DNA from: Longimicrobiales bacterium
GTDB lineage: Bacteria; Gemmatimonadota; Gemmatimonadetes; Longimicrobiales; Gaopeijiaceae
Assembly: GCA_965218295.1 (NCBI GenBank)
Contig: CBDCKN010000003.1
Span: 256,001 to 320,000 of the forward strand
Direction: 5' to 3'
Length of the DNA: 64,000 nt
The position numbers and the translations under genes are program-made. Under the pieces are notes generated by a model. That model had not been told where the DNA came from, did no database searches, and saw only the letters and a program-made list of their open reading frames with translations. Position 1 is the first letter of the stretch. Each line of letters starts with the position of its first letter. This document shows positions 10,363-20,527 of this stretch, piece after piece.

Positions 10363-10542
10363 CGCTGATTGGGAATTTCCACCCCGACCGACGGGCGACA
10401 CCCGTGCGGCGGGCGGCCCCAGTGCGGCCGACCAGCCATCAGGACGCGCCGCCAGGACACAAAGACGGGCAAGCCAGCCTCCCGTGACCGCCGCCCGAGT
10501 GCGGGCCTCAAGGGGGGATCGAAGGGGGGCGGAGCCACCCTC

Positions 10543-10596
10543 GCCAGCCCCTGCCGGGGACCCGCGAAGCGTGGCCCCAAAGGGTAAGCTGGCTCA
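10543..10596. other. Putative orphan oriT (copy 2)
   Basis: Near-identical to 4878-4932. Only the first codons of a mobC-like start remain near 10420-10440. Confidence 0.62.
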
Positions 10597-10639
10597 TGAC
10601 AGGTAACCGGTCATGAGCCGGCGCCTCAGCGGATCGGTT

Positions 10640-10715
10640 CGGCCTCCGGGTCTCGTGTCGACGCTTGCCAGCTAGATACGCGGCCCAGGCCTCCATGACC
10701 TCGCGCCTCCGGGCT
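10640..10715 (-). pseudogene. C-terminal remnant of a P4-like integrase
   Basis: Reads RREVMEAWAAYL, compared with RAEVLQAWCEYI at the end of 6072-7268. Confidence 0.55.
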
Positions 10716-10747
10716 CGGTTTGGTCAAGAATTGTCCAATGCGAGCAG

Positions 10748-11623
10748 CTATAGCAGTCCCCAAATCCACTTGATCATGAATCCAAGAATCAAACAGGCAA
10801 TCAAATAGACCGTGCCCCAAAAGTAACTGGGACGGTCATGAAAAAGGCTCCTGAAGACATAGTGCAAGAGGCCAACTATGGCTTTAGTCTGGGCTTCGTC
10901 GAAGCCAGCTTCCTTGAGGTGGCGGTAGTAGGGGTGGTGGTAGGGTTCGTCTGGATCTTCAAACACGACGTCAACTATGGCTTCGGCCTGAGCTTCTTTG
11001 AAGCCGGCGGTATTGAGGATACGTCGGGCTTCCTGGACTCTGTCCTTTCTGTCCCGGAACTGGTGGAGGCCGGACGTCGGCCAATCAGTCTTGTGTCCGT
11101 AGGTGCTCAGGCACAAGGCATCAACTATGGCTTCGGCCTGGGCTTTCTTGAAGCCGTAATTCCTAAGGTAGCTTCTGGCGTTCATACCTTCAAATCCGGG
11201 ATCGTTTTCTTCAGATTGGAGCCCGTGAACGAACAAGGCATCAACTATGGCTTCGGCATCGTCCTGGAAGAAACTTTCACTGAGGGTGCGGCTGTGGATT
11301 TTGTGCCGGTCTTCGGTCAAGACGTCAACTAAGGATTCGGCCTGGGCTTCGTCGAAGCCGGCGTTCTTGAGGAGATATGTGTTGGCTCTATAGGCTTCGT
11401 CGGGATCTTCAAACATGACGTCAACTATGGCTTCGACCTTGATCTTGGCGAAGGAGGCGGCGGTGAGTGTACGGCGAGCTTTCCGGGCTTTCGTGGCCTT
11501 GGACCATTGGTCGTCACGGATGATGGAAGTCAAGGTGACGTCAACTATAGTTTTGGCCTTGGCCTCGGTGAAGCCGGCGGCCTTTAGTGTGCGGCGTATC
11601 TTTGAGCGACCATAAAAATACAC
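10748..11623 (-). CDS. Tandem-repeat membrane-anchored protein (repeats resemble the DUF1640/CCDC90 head motif)
   Basis: About 7 repeats of LxxAGFxEAQAEAIVD plus a C-terminal TM helix. GTG start at 11623 follows an AAAGGGG RBS. Confidence 0.7.
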   Translation of the reverse strand: MYFYGRSKIRRTLKAAGFTEAKAKTIVDVTLTSIIRDDQWSKATKARKARRTLTAASFAKIKVEAIVDVMFEDPDEAYRANTYLLKNAGFDEAQAESLVDVLTEDRHKIHSRTLSESFFQDDAEAIVDALFVHGLQSEENDPGFEGMNARSYLRNYGFKKAQAEAIVDALCLSTYGHKTDWPTSGLHQFRDRKDRVQEARRILNTAGFKEAQAEAIVDVVFEDPDEPYHHPYYRHLKEAGFDEAQTKAIVGLLHYVFRSLFHDRPSYFWGTVYLIACLILGFMIKWIWGLL

Positions 11624-11683
11624 GGTTTCCCCTTTCGTTCTGGCAATCAATCCTCCCGCCACTGATAGTACCGGTCCACTGCG

Positions 11684-12914
11684 TGTACAGAGATGGTAAT
11701 GACCTGACAGTTGGCCCTCGCCGGAGCTGTGTCTAGGCTGCCTTCGTCTTAGCCTCCTCCTTCCTGGCCTTTGCGGCCTTCCTGGCGTCGGTGAGACCGG
11801 CCTTGAAGACCTGATAGGGCGTGCGGCCCTCCATGGCTCGACCGCGGTGCGGCCGCTTCCGGTTGTAGGTCTCCAGATACGCCTCGAGGTCCTGCTGCAT
11901 CTCCTCGACGGTCTCGTACCAGGTGGTGCGGCCCTTCACCCTCAAGTGCTCGTCGAGGAGCGTGCGGTGGAAGCGCTCGATGAAGCCGTTGGACTGGGGC
12001 CTGCCCACCTTCGTCGTGCGGTGCTCGATGTCCTCGAGCTGAAGGAACAGCTCATATGGGTGACGGTCCGGACGGCCGCAGAACTCGCGGCCGTTGTCGC
12101 TGAGCACGGTCTTCACCCGGACCCGGTGCTCATCGAAGAACGGCAACACGTCGTTATTCATCACCTGCACCGCCGTGAGCGGGAGCTTGCTCGTGTAGAG
12201 CCGGCCCCAGGCGTAGCGGCTGAAGCAATCGAGCACGGTCTGCAGGTACACCTTGCCGACCCCCTTCAGCGTTCCGACGAAGAACGTGTCCACGGCGACG
12301 AGGTCGCCCGGGTAATGGACTTCGATGTGGCGCTCCCGGAACTCGGGACTGAAGCGCTCCAGCAGCTCGATCTGCTCGTCGGTCAGCTTCAGCTTCCGTT
12401 CCCTGGCCGTCTCTTCGAGCCTGAGCAGCCGTTCGTGCTTCGTGGTGAGGCCATGCCGGCTCCACACGCCCCGTACGCCTCCTGAGCTCACCTGGATCCC
12501 TCCGAGCAGCAACTCGTCCGCGACCCGCTGAGCTCCGTGCGTCGGAGCCTCCAAGGCGTGGGCCAAGACCGCCTGCTCAATCTCTTCACTCACCCGGTTC
12601 GGGTGCGGTCCCTTCGGCCCCGGAAGCTGGTCGATCAGCCCCTCGGCCCCGTAAAGCTGGAAGTTCCTCCTGATCTCGTAGAACTGCTGCCGGCTGTAGC
12701 CCACGATCTTGCACGCCTTGCTCACGTTGCCGAGCTCCTGGGCCAACTGTAGCAGGCTCAGCTTGCGGCGCGCTATCTTCTCCCCCTGGACGGTGGTCAT
12801 CTTCTCTCCCGTGCTAAGTGAGTGACTTCGACATCTCTCAATTAGCTCCGGCGAGGGCGGCTGGCCACCGTCCTCTCTCGTGGTCAACTGTCAGGTGAAT
12901 ACCGTCTCAGCACA
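11684..12914 (-). mobile_element. IS481-family insertion sequence
   Basis: 30-bp imperfect IRs (TGTACAGAGATGGTAATGACCTGACAGTTG / TGTGCTGAGACGGTATTCACCTGACAGTTG) flanked by the direct repeat CACTGCG. Confidence 0.92.
11733..12800 (-). CDS. IS481 DDE transposase
   Basis: LAQELGNVSKAC HTH, VAVDTF, SDNGREF, PQSNGFIERF, YNRKRPH. Confidence 0.95.
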   Translation of the reverse strand: MTTVQGEKIARRKLSLLQLAQELGNVSKACKIVGYSRQQFYEIRRNFQLYGAEGLIDQLPGPKGPHPNRVSEEIEQAVLAHALEAPTHGAQRVADELLLGGIQVSSGGVRGVWSRHGLTTKHERLLRLEETARERKLKLTDEQIELLERFSPEFRERHIEVHYPGDLVAVDTFFVGTLKGVGKVYLQTVLDCFSRYAWGRLYTSKLPLTAVQVMNNDVLPFFDEHRVRVKTVLSDNGREFCGRPDRHPYELFLQLEDIEHRTTKVGRPQSNGFIERFHRTLLDEHLRVKGRTTWYETVEEMQQDLEAYLETYNRKRPHRGRAMEGRTPYQVFKAGLTDARKAAKARKEEAKTKAA

Positions 12915-13199
12915 CACTGCGTCCGGCCTGCAAGAGGGCGGGCAATTCGGTTCCAGTAGCGACCAAGTCCCGCGCCATACCTACCCGGAAGTTAGTGTCT
13001 GCCAGAAAACCCTGCCAATCCTCTGTAGCGGGGCCGTTTGATGGTATTTTCGAGGTGACGAATCTGCGGTTTGGGCCGGGGCGCTGACGGGCTCTATGAT
13101 CTCGCTGAGGCTCTTTTCGATCCGGTCAAGCGACCCGAAGTCCACCGTCCCGCCTACCCAAGCCCTCGAGAGCCCCCGCAGGACGCGCCGAACGCCTTC

Positions 13200-13330
13200 G
13201 GAGGTGGTGGGGTCCGGCTTCCCCCGCCTCGAAGCGAGCGGCCATCGAGCCAGTCCTGCAGGCGGCGTAGCGCCCCCTCGTAGGCGCGCCTGGTGTTCGC
13301 GCTGACCCGAAGCTGCGGCGAGCTCGCGGG
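13200..13330 (-). pseudogene. Tyrosine recombinase N-terminal (SAM-like) fragment
   Basis: Reads SANTRRAYEGALRRLQDWLDGR with no catalytic domain. Confidence 0.45.
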
Positions 13331-13479
13331 CCCTCTCCCGGACGGTCGGGAGGCCCTCTCCCTCGGTGTGCCTTTCGAGTGCGGATCCCATCGTGTCCAG
13401 ACCGGCAACATCGTGGAGCGGATCTCAGTCCAGGTCTGCTTCTCCGCGAGAGCGACAGCAGCGAATTGTATACGTGTAT

Positions 13480-13783
13480 CCAGGCATGAGGTGGCTCGCA
13501 AGATCCGCTCGCACGACGTGCTCGAGGTGCTGGCCGATCTGTTCGTCCGACACGGGCCTCTCGAGTATCTGAGGTCGGACAACGGACCGCAGGCGGCCGT
13601 GCTAGTCGAGCAATGGAGGCGCGAGTACAATACCGTCCGACCCCACAGCGCCTGCGGCGGCTTTCCCCCGGCCCCTGAGGCGATTAAGCCGTCGCCCTGG
13701 TTCCTGAGGATGCCCGTCCTTCACGGCCCTCCACAGATGCTGGGACTAACATAGGATGTGGTACCGCTCTTGGGGGCAGGTCA
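13480..13783 (+). mobile_element. Internally deleted IS3-family remnant with right end
   Basis: YLRSDNGP joined directly to VEQWRREYNTVRPHS. Ends ...TTGGGGGCAGGTCA. Confidence 0.8.
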
Positions 13784-13849
13784 GAATCCCTTGATCGGGG
13801 TCCTTGGGAGGCGGTATCCTCAAATGAAGGCCATCGGACTCAACTGGAG

Positions 13850-14719
13850 GTGACTCAAATGCCTTTGTCCTGGCAGTTACACGCCTTCGGAGCCACGCTT
13901 GCGATCTGCACCCTGCTCGGCCGAGCGGAACAAGGTGCGGGTCAACAGCCGGGGTCTTACGGGTGGTACGTGAGCGCGAGCGGCGGGACGAACTGGAACT
14001 CCGTGATGAAGCAGGCGGGCCATAACCGGGACAATATCTGTTACCCGAATTTCCGTTGCAGCGGCATGCCGGAGGGCTATCGCTGGTTTTACAACCTTCC
14101 CTCGGATCTCGGTACTGCTTTTGAAGTCGCCGTCGGTCGAGATTTCGGCGACGTGCGCGTGGAGGTGTCGGTCTCCCAGCGATCGAACAACATCGAGCAA
14201 GAGTTCACCGACATTACCTTTCTGGATGGATCTCCGATCCTGCCTAACGAAGACAGCAACTATACGTCGGCCAACACAACCAGGGTCGATGCTCTGGGTG
14301 CGCGCACGCTGTCCCTGAACGCCTATCACGACTTCGCGTTCGCAGAAAGCCGGGTCATGCTTTACCTGGGCGCCGGGCTGGGCCTGTCCTTCGTCGAGCT
14401 GTCGGGGCTGTATTTCAGCAGCGAATACTCGTGCATTAGTCAGCCATGCGGCGGTCGTCCCGCGGCGGAGTACAACAGTCTGCAGGACGTTGATCTGTCC
14501 GACAGCGGTCTTTCCAAGCAGCTCTTTGCCGGCACCGACTATCGTCTGGGCGACAAGCTCCTACTCGGCCTGAAGGCGTCCTACAGCTGGGTCGACGACC
14601 TTGTGGACACGAGTCCTTACGAGGTGCATCCGTTTCCCATAATGAACGACACCGAAATCAGTCGCATCAATCCCTGGTCTATGATGCTCGGCTTGAAGTA
14701 CCTGCTGCTCAGCGATTGA
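13850..14719 (+). CDS. Outer-membrane beta-barrel / surface-antigen-like protein
   Basis: Signal-like N-terminus, WYVSASGG, LSLNAYHDF, YLGAGLG, AGTDYRL and terminal GLKY strand. Confidence 0.75.
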   Translation: MTQMPLSWQLHAFGATLAICTLLGRAEQGAGQQPGSYGWYVSASGGTNWNSVMKQAGHNRDNICYPNFRCSGMPEGYRWFYNLPSDLGTAFEVAVGRDFGDVRVEVSVSQRSNNIEQEFTDITFLDGSPILPNEDSNYTSANTTRVDALGARTLSLNAYHDFAFAESRVMLYLGAGLGLSFVELSGLYFSSEYSCISQPCGGRPAAEYNSLQDVDLSDSGLSKQLFAGTDYRLGDKLLLGLKASYSWVDDLVDTSPYEVHPFPIMNDTEISRINPWSMMLGLKYLLLSD

Positions 14720-15077
14720 GGGATCGTCCCGACGGATATTGACATGCGCCGCGTCGGTGCGGTCCGACCACTACGCGGCCAGCGCTTTGGGATCAACATT
14801 GCCTGGTTTTCCACGGTGAGCCTGTAGGGCTGTTCGCAGCGCAGACTTTGCTCGTGTGTCCTCGGCGAGTTCCCCATTGATTTGGCCGACGAGACCTCTA
14901 GCGGCCTCTCCTGGTCCGCGTCCCCTCAACCGACCCCAGCAGCTGCCTGCCGCCATATGTCCTTCGTGTGGCGCTCGACTCAGGACGCACCGGCAAGAGG
15001 GACGGGGGGCGAGCCCCCCGCCCGCGAACTCCGCCGGAGCGCGGGCCTCAGGGGGGATCGAAGGGGCGGAGTCCCTC

Positions 15078-15131
15078 GCCAGCCCCTGCCGGGGACCCGC
15101 GAAGCGTGGCCCCAAAGGGTAGGCTGGCTCC
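15078..15131. other. Putative orphan oriT (copy 3)
   Basis: Near-identical core to copies 1 and 2. Its flank 14980-15075 resembles the mobC leader at 36370-36465. Confidence 0.62.
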
Positions 15132-15796
15132 CGTGCGCCAAAACCGCCGGACTCGCCGATCTGGAACGCCGTGTTGATCTTGTCGAGCGCTCCGTCCCAC
15201 GCGGCGAGGGGCGATCCCGAAATCGCCCGTACCCTCACCTCAAGAGGGACACCGAGGGCAACTGGGACCGAGCGGCGGGATACAAGCCGAGCAGAACATG
15301 CTGGCAGCTGGCCAGGCTTGACCGTGGAGCCATTGCGCTACGTGCATCCTTCGGCCCTCACAGTCAGTCTGCCAGGGCTTGGCGTGAGATGCCGAACGGA
15401 CCCGACCTTGACGAAGCGGGACTTCGGGTCTCGATGTTTCTTCGATGTTTTTTTCTGGAAAACCTTACTGAAACATGCGGGCTTTTCATCGGGCTAGAAA
15501 CAGACGACTAAGCCCTTCTCCTGCTCTATGAGCAGGCGGTCAGTCCCCGTTTGGTCCCTTGGCTAGAACGATCTGTCGCCAAGGCGCGCACGATACTGTG
15601 CACGTTCACGACACGGATCCTTGGGGGGTGGGGGTGGGGGAGGGGTGAACTATTTCGCCTCTTATTTCTTAACCCCAGAATCGCAAGTCCGTTAGGAGGG
15701 CGTGGCCACAAATTTCCGCCGCCGCAACTCACGCCGATAGATCAGCTGGGGTGCATTGCACTTGGGCTCCCGTGGTACCGTGAGCGCACTCACGTC

Positions 15797-15940
15797 CTAT
15801 AACGCCGGACTCAAGCACGGCCCTCGGGTACGCTGTCGCGGGGAAGCCGGAAGCTCTAACGTGAGCAACGGGCCGGCCGCTTCGCGGACACTCCGGTGGC
15901 TGTGCCACCTCCGCGTCTTGAGCCAGTGAGCCCGTTACGC
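15797..15940 (+). repeat. attC-like site A
   Basis: CTATAAC...GAGCCCGTTACGC. The upstream ORF stop lies in the TAAC box. Homologous to sites C and D. Confidence 0.75.
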
Positions 15941-15992
15941 GACACGCTAAAGAGACGTCTTGACGTTGTGACGTATAGCGCTATAGTGACCC

Positions 15993-16226
15993 ATGAGCAC
16001 GAAAACAAAGCGTACAACGGTCTACTTCTCTCCTTCCGTACATCGAGCCTTACGACTCAAGGCCGCCGAGACGGAGCAAAGCGTATCCGACCTCGTGAAC
16101 GAGGCAGTCCTCGGGATCCTCTCCGAAGACGCGGAGGATCTCGAGGCGTTTGAGGCACGCGCGAACGAGCCAAGCCTCTCCTTCTCCGATGTGCTGCAGG
16201 AGATGAGGCAGAGCGGTGAGCTATGA
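15993..16226 (+). CDS. CopG/RHH antitoxin
   Basis: KRTTVYF..HRALRLKAAETEQSVSDLVNEAV..EDAEDL. Confidence 0.85.
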   Translation: MSTKTKRTTVYFSPSVHRALRLKAAETEQSVSDLVNEAVLGILSEDAEDLEAFEARANEPSLSFSDVLQEMRQSGEL

Positions 16227-16470
16227 TCTCCAGATCAAGCCCTCTGCCGTCAAGGAACTGAAAGCTCTCCAGGAAGCGGATCGCGGCCGGGTCGTCGATC
16301 GCATCCATGCTCTGGCCGAGGACCCCCGGCCTCGTGGCTGCGAGAAGCTAACCGGTGGATTTCGGTACCGGGTACGCCAGGGATCGCATCGTGTCTTGTA
16401 CGAAGTCGACGATGAAGCCCAGATCGTCACCGTCGTGAAGATTGGCCACCGCCGAGACGTGTATCGATAG
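16216..16470 (+). CDS. RelE/ParE family toxin
   Basis: PRPRGCEKLTG..YRVRQG..RVLY..IGHRRDVY. Confidence 0.92.
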   Translation: MSYDLQIKPSAVKELKALQEADRGRVVDRIHALAEDPRPRGCEKLTGGFRYRVRQGSHRVLYEVDDEAQIVTVVKIGHRRDVYR

Positions 16471-16489
16471 TTTGCGGTGTACGCGCGTC

Positions 16490-16638
16490 GCGTAACGCCG
16501 CTCTCCCGCCGAACCCTTCGGTGCGCCTTCGCGCATTACGTGTTGTGGCACTATCGTGGAGACCGACGGGCCCGTCCCTTCGGGGCACTCCGTTCGCGGA
16601 CGCTCACTCCGCGCCGGGAGCGCGTGAGCCCGTTACGG
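16490..16638 (+). repeat. attC-like site B
   Basis: GCGTAAC...GAGCCCGTTACGG. GCGTAAC is the exact complement of the cassette start GTTACGC (15934). Homologous to site F. Confidence 0.8.
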
Positions 16639-16690
16639 ACATGCGCTTTAGCGGGAAGCAAGACTTTGGCCCCCGAGGCTCCCCGTTAGG

Positions 16691-17257
16691 TCACGGCCAT
16701 AGCGCGGCGAAGATGGCGCCGGTAGCGAGCCCATAGAGCACGGCGTCGATCACGTGTTTCCACGTATTGCTCCACGGTGCTCCGAAATAGACGGCGGCCG
16801 TGATGACTCCTGCGCCGTGTCCCATTGCCGCCACTGTCGCCGAGATCCGAAACACATCCATGGCCGGCTGCCCAGCGGCGAAGCCTGTACCTGTCACATA
16901 CGCCACCAGCCCGGACAATACCAAATAGAAGATGAAAAGCTGTACTAACTTCCTCCCTATCGCACTGATCGTGGGAACGCCGGACGGCACGATAAAGATG
17001 AACCCGACCGGGCCTTGGGTCAGCTTCTCTGCGATTTCAGGATCCTCCACCTCCGCGTGGGTCCAGGCACGCGGCAGCATGTAACCGCCAGGCGCGGGAG
17101 GCCGTTCTCGCATCGCGTTGATCACGCTGTCTTCGTCGGGGAGCTTCTTGAAGTCGGACTTGTGGTGGGGAAGCGCCGTCCACACGAGAAGGCTCAGGAT
17201 GAACACCGCTACGGTGGACAACAAAATGGGCAGCCACAGATCTAGCAGTGGGACCAC
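16691..17257 (-). CDS. Integral membrane protein of unknown function
   Basis: Four or five TM segments. GTG start follows a GGAG RBS. Confidence 0.8.
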   Translation of the reverse strand: MVPLLDLWLPILLSTVAVFILSLLVWTALPHHKSDFKKLPDEDSVINAMRERPPAPGGYMLPRAWTHAEVEDPEIAEKLTQGPVGFIFIVPSGVPTISAIGRKLVQLFIFYLVLSGLVAYVTGTGFAAGQPAMDVFRISATVAAMGHGAGVITAAVYFGAPWSNTWKHVIDAVLYGLATGAIFAALWP

Positions 17258-17452
17258 ATGCTTCTCCAAGTTGGGGGCAGCCAGCAAGGTTCCCCGCCCG
17301 ATAACGCAGCGCAAGAGGCCGCACCATCAAGTCACGGTTCAACCACGGATAGAGACGGCGATCTCTTAGACACGCGGGTCGCATCGAGACCCGCCAGTTT
17401 GCCTCCGGTGTTCGACAGCGCGTCGTCCTCCGAAACCGGCCTCTCAGCTGAG

Positions 17453-20020
17453 CTACAGCCAATCCGTGGGGAATTCCTCCCGGTACCGCTCAATCGCGTC
17501 GGCAGTCCCACAGATGTAGATGGCGTCGTCCGAGGCGAGTTCCAGATCGGTCGGAAAGTCCATGGTCACCGTTCCACCGCGGTCCAGTGCTACGACCGTG
17601 CATCCGGTGCGCTCGCGGATCCGCTCCCTGATCGGGTTCTTCCCTTCGAGCTGGCCCGCGCTCACGAGCGCGAGCTTGATACGCGGCTGTAGCGAGACGG
17701 TCTCACCGAGCACGTGGTGGGCCAGGAGCTGGCCGGCGACCTGACTGATCGACAGGGCGAAGTCGGCGCCGGCCCGGTGGACGCGCGCAACACTCTCGGC
17801 CAGCCGGGCACCCGCGATGATGGGAAGGTCTGGTGCGTGGTCTCGCAGCAGCGTCGCCGCATAGACCGTAGGGCTTTCAGCGCCGAGAGCCAACGCTGCC
17901 ACGCGCGCGTCGGCCAAAGGCAGAAGGTCGAGCACCTCGGGGTCGGTGACGTCTCCGACGAGGTCGACACCCGGACGCTCCTCGGAGTCGAGCACACAGA
18001 CCTCCTCGCCCACCGCCCGCAGGATCTCGGCGAGCTTCTGACCCACGCTTCCGAATCCGACCACGATGATCACGCCCTCCTCGCGGATCGGCCGTGCCAT
18101 CTCGCTGAGCTGCTCGATGCTCTCCGGCGTCCCCGCTGCGACGAGGATCGTGCCGGGAGGGATGGTCTCGTGCGGGTCCGGAGCGGCGCCCAGCTCGGCG
18201 TCGCGCCACTGTCCGATTATGTTGGCTCCGGTACGCGTCCGTATCCGCGTGGCCGCGAGCGTGGCGTGCGCGAGCGGGCTGCCGTCGTGGACCCTGAGCT
18301 CCGCCACCTCGAGGAGTCGGCTTAGCGGCCGGAAGCCCATTACCCGCGGCCCGACTTTAGCGCTGGCCCGCGCGCTCAGCATCGCCGCGAGCACGTGCGT
18401 CGGTGCGAAGGTCACGTCGGCCCCCGCGAACAACATGGGCGAACGGCGACGCGGGTCCTCGATCATCGCAACGATCTGTCCCTCGAGGCCGACCTCGCGG
18501 GCTCCTAGCGAGAGCAGGACGTTGTCGTCGTCGTCGCCGTTCAGGACCAGCGAGCGTGCACGTGCCAGCGGCCGCAGGTCCACCTCTTGCTCGGAGATCC
18601 TCGCGTGAACCACACTCCTCCCCCGTTCGTGGAGTCGACGCGCCACATCTTCGTCCTCCTCCACGATCAAGTAGGGGAGTCCCCGTCGCTCCAGCTCGCC
18701 CACGAGAGACACGATCTCCGGTCCGTGCCGGTACAGGACCACCGCGTCGGCCAGGTTGGGAAGCGTGGTCGGCGGGCGAGAGCCGTTGGCCTCCGGGGCC
18801 GCGGACTCCCTGAACTTGTCCGACCACAGGATCCCTACGCCCGCGCCTTCGAGGCGGGCAGCCCGCCCTGCGAGCAGAACGGAGCACCCCTTGAGCCCAA
18901 TTGGCGTGAAGAGGTTGAGGAGGAACGCGGTGAAGATCAGCACCGAGAATATCGCGGGTGCGATGGCGCCCTCGGCGAGGGCAAGCGATGCGAGGATGAA
19001 CGCGAGCTCGGCACGCCCGCACATCCCCACACCGACCGTGAGAGCCTCCCGCGCGGGAAGACCCATCCGGATCGCCATGCCCCCGGCGCTCACGACCTGC
19101 CCGACGATCACGGCCGTGGTGAGGACCGCGAGGAAGCCCAGGCCCGACGCGCTGATCTGGAAGGTGATCGAGAAGCCGAGGGAGATGAAGAAAATTGGCC
19201 CGAGGAAAGAGTACGCGATCCCGTACGAGCGATCGGCCACCACACGCACGAGGTTCGGGTGGGCGACCCTCTCCTCGAAGAAGAGCCCGGCCAGGTACGC
19301 GCCCAGGATCATGTGCAGCCCGATCGCCTCCGCCACCAGTCCGGCACCGATCGCGACAACGAGTACGAACGTGAAGCCCTTTCCACCCTCGGACCGGAAC
19401 GGGAGCGTCAGACTCGGATAGACGTGGCGGCCAAGCACGAAGGCGAACGCGAAGAAGGTGATGACCTTGACGAGCGTGACCGCGACGGCCGCCGGCGTGA
19501 ACGAGCCGCCCGACAACACCCCCAGGATCAGGCCGAAGAAGACGAGTGTCAGCAGGTCGTCGATGACGCAGCTCGCGACGATGATTCGGGCGACCCGGGT
19601 GTCGGCAAGCCCGAGGTCTCGGAGCGTCTTGAGCGTGATCACGACCGCCGTTGCGGTCATCGTGAGGCCCACGAAGGTCGCGCCCACCGGGTCCAGCCCG
19701 AACGCCGTGGCCACGCCGAAGCTCACCCCGAACGGCACCAGCGCGCCCACGACGGCCACGCCGAGCGAACGTCTCAGGGCGTCGAAGAACTGCCGGGGCT
19801 GCGTCTCCACCCCGGCGTGGAACATGAGGAAGAAGATGCCGATCTCGGCGAGCAGCGTGATCGCTTCGCTGGGCTCGATCCAGCCGAGCACGGCTGGGCC
19901 GACCAGAACGCCCACGATCAACTCACCCATGATCGTCGGCAGCCCGAGCGGGCGCAGAGTTACAGCGACGAGCCAGATGGCGGCTAGCAGGATCAGTAGG
20001 TCGACCGCGATGTCGTGCAT
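17453..20020 (-). CDS. CPA2 cation:proton antiporter with tandem TrkA-N/TrkA-C (RCK) domains
   Basis: GELIVGVLVGP, LMFHAGVET, VIDD and GRAE motifs. The C-terminus has IIVVGFGSVG and two RCK-C repeats. Confidence 0.9.
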   Translation of the reverse strand: MHDIAVDLLILLAAIWLVAVTLRPLGLPTIMGELIVGVLVGPAVLGWIEPSEAITLLAEIGIFFLMFHAGVETQPRQFFDALRRSLGVAVVGALVPFGVSFGVATAFGLDPVGATFVGLTMTATAVVITLKTLRDLGLADTRVARIIVASCVIDDLLTLVFFGLILGVLSGGSFTPAAVAVTLVKVITFFAFAFVLGRHVYPSLTLPFRSEGGKGFTFVLVVAIGAGLVAEAIGLHMILGAYLAGLFFEERVAHPNLVRVVADRSYGIAYSFLGPIFFISLGFSITFQISASGLGFLAVLTTAVIVGQVVSAGGMAIRMGLPAREALTVGVGMCGRAELAFILASLALAEGAIAPAIFSVLIFTAFLLNLFTPIGLKGCSVLLAGRAARLEGAGVGILWSDKFRESAAPEANGSRPPTTLPNLADAVVLYRHGPEIVSLVGELERRGLPYLIVEEDEDVARRLHERGRSVVHARISEQEVDLRPLARARSLVLNGDDDDNVLLSLGAREVGLEGQIVAMIEDPRRRSPMLFAGADVTFAPTHVLAAMLSARASAKVGPRVMGFRPLSRLLEVAELRVHDGSPLAHATLAATRIRTRTGANIIGQWRDAELGAAPDPHETIPPGTILVAAGTPESIEQLSEMARPIREEGVIIVVGFGSVGQKLAEILRAVGEEVCVLDSEERPGVDLVGDVTDPEVLDLLPLADARVAALALGAESPTVYAATLLRDHAPDLPIIAGARLAESVARVHRAGADFALSISQVAGQLLAHHVLGETVSLQPRIKLALVSAGQLEGKNPIRERIRERTGCTVVALDRGGTVTMDFPTDLELASDDAIYICGTADAIERYREEFPTDWL

Positions 20021-20161
20021 CCGGTCAACCTACAAGGCCGGGAGACGCCTGCCGAGCGGCCAACAGAACTCGATGCAGGCCACCATCGCCGGTGCTGAAG
20101 GCCCCGGGGTTCGGCGTTAGTTGACCATCAGCAGAAAGGATGGGACAATCGAGCGCACGTC

Positions 20162-20411
20162 CGATAACGCCGGACTCACGCGCTCGCCTGACAGCTATAA
20201 CGAGCACACACACACATGCCTGATAGGTATGCGGTTCGTGCTCGCGGACCTTACGGGTCCGTTTCGCTATCAGGGGGAGTGCTCGTCATAGTCCCTGCGC
20301 GCTGTCGCGCTCCGGCAACTCGGGTCTTACGATGAGCAACGGTTCGGCCGCTTCGCGGACACTCCGGTGGCTTCGCCACCTCCGCGTCTCGAGTCAGTGA
20401 GCCCGTTATCG
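20162..20411 (+). repeat. attC-like site C containing a ~97-bp hairpin insert
   Basis: CGATAACGCCGGACTCA...GAGCCCGTTATCG. Homologous to A and D apart from 20195-20291. Confidence 0.7.
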
Positions 20412-20527
20412 GACCTGCCTTTGGACAGCGTATTGTGAGGGATTGAAGTGGAGTAGTCAATATCGGTTACGGCTGCTCCAGGCGTCTCGGAACCTGTCAA
20501 CGCCAGTGAGACACTCTTGGAAATCAA

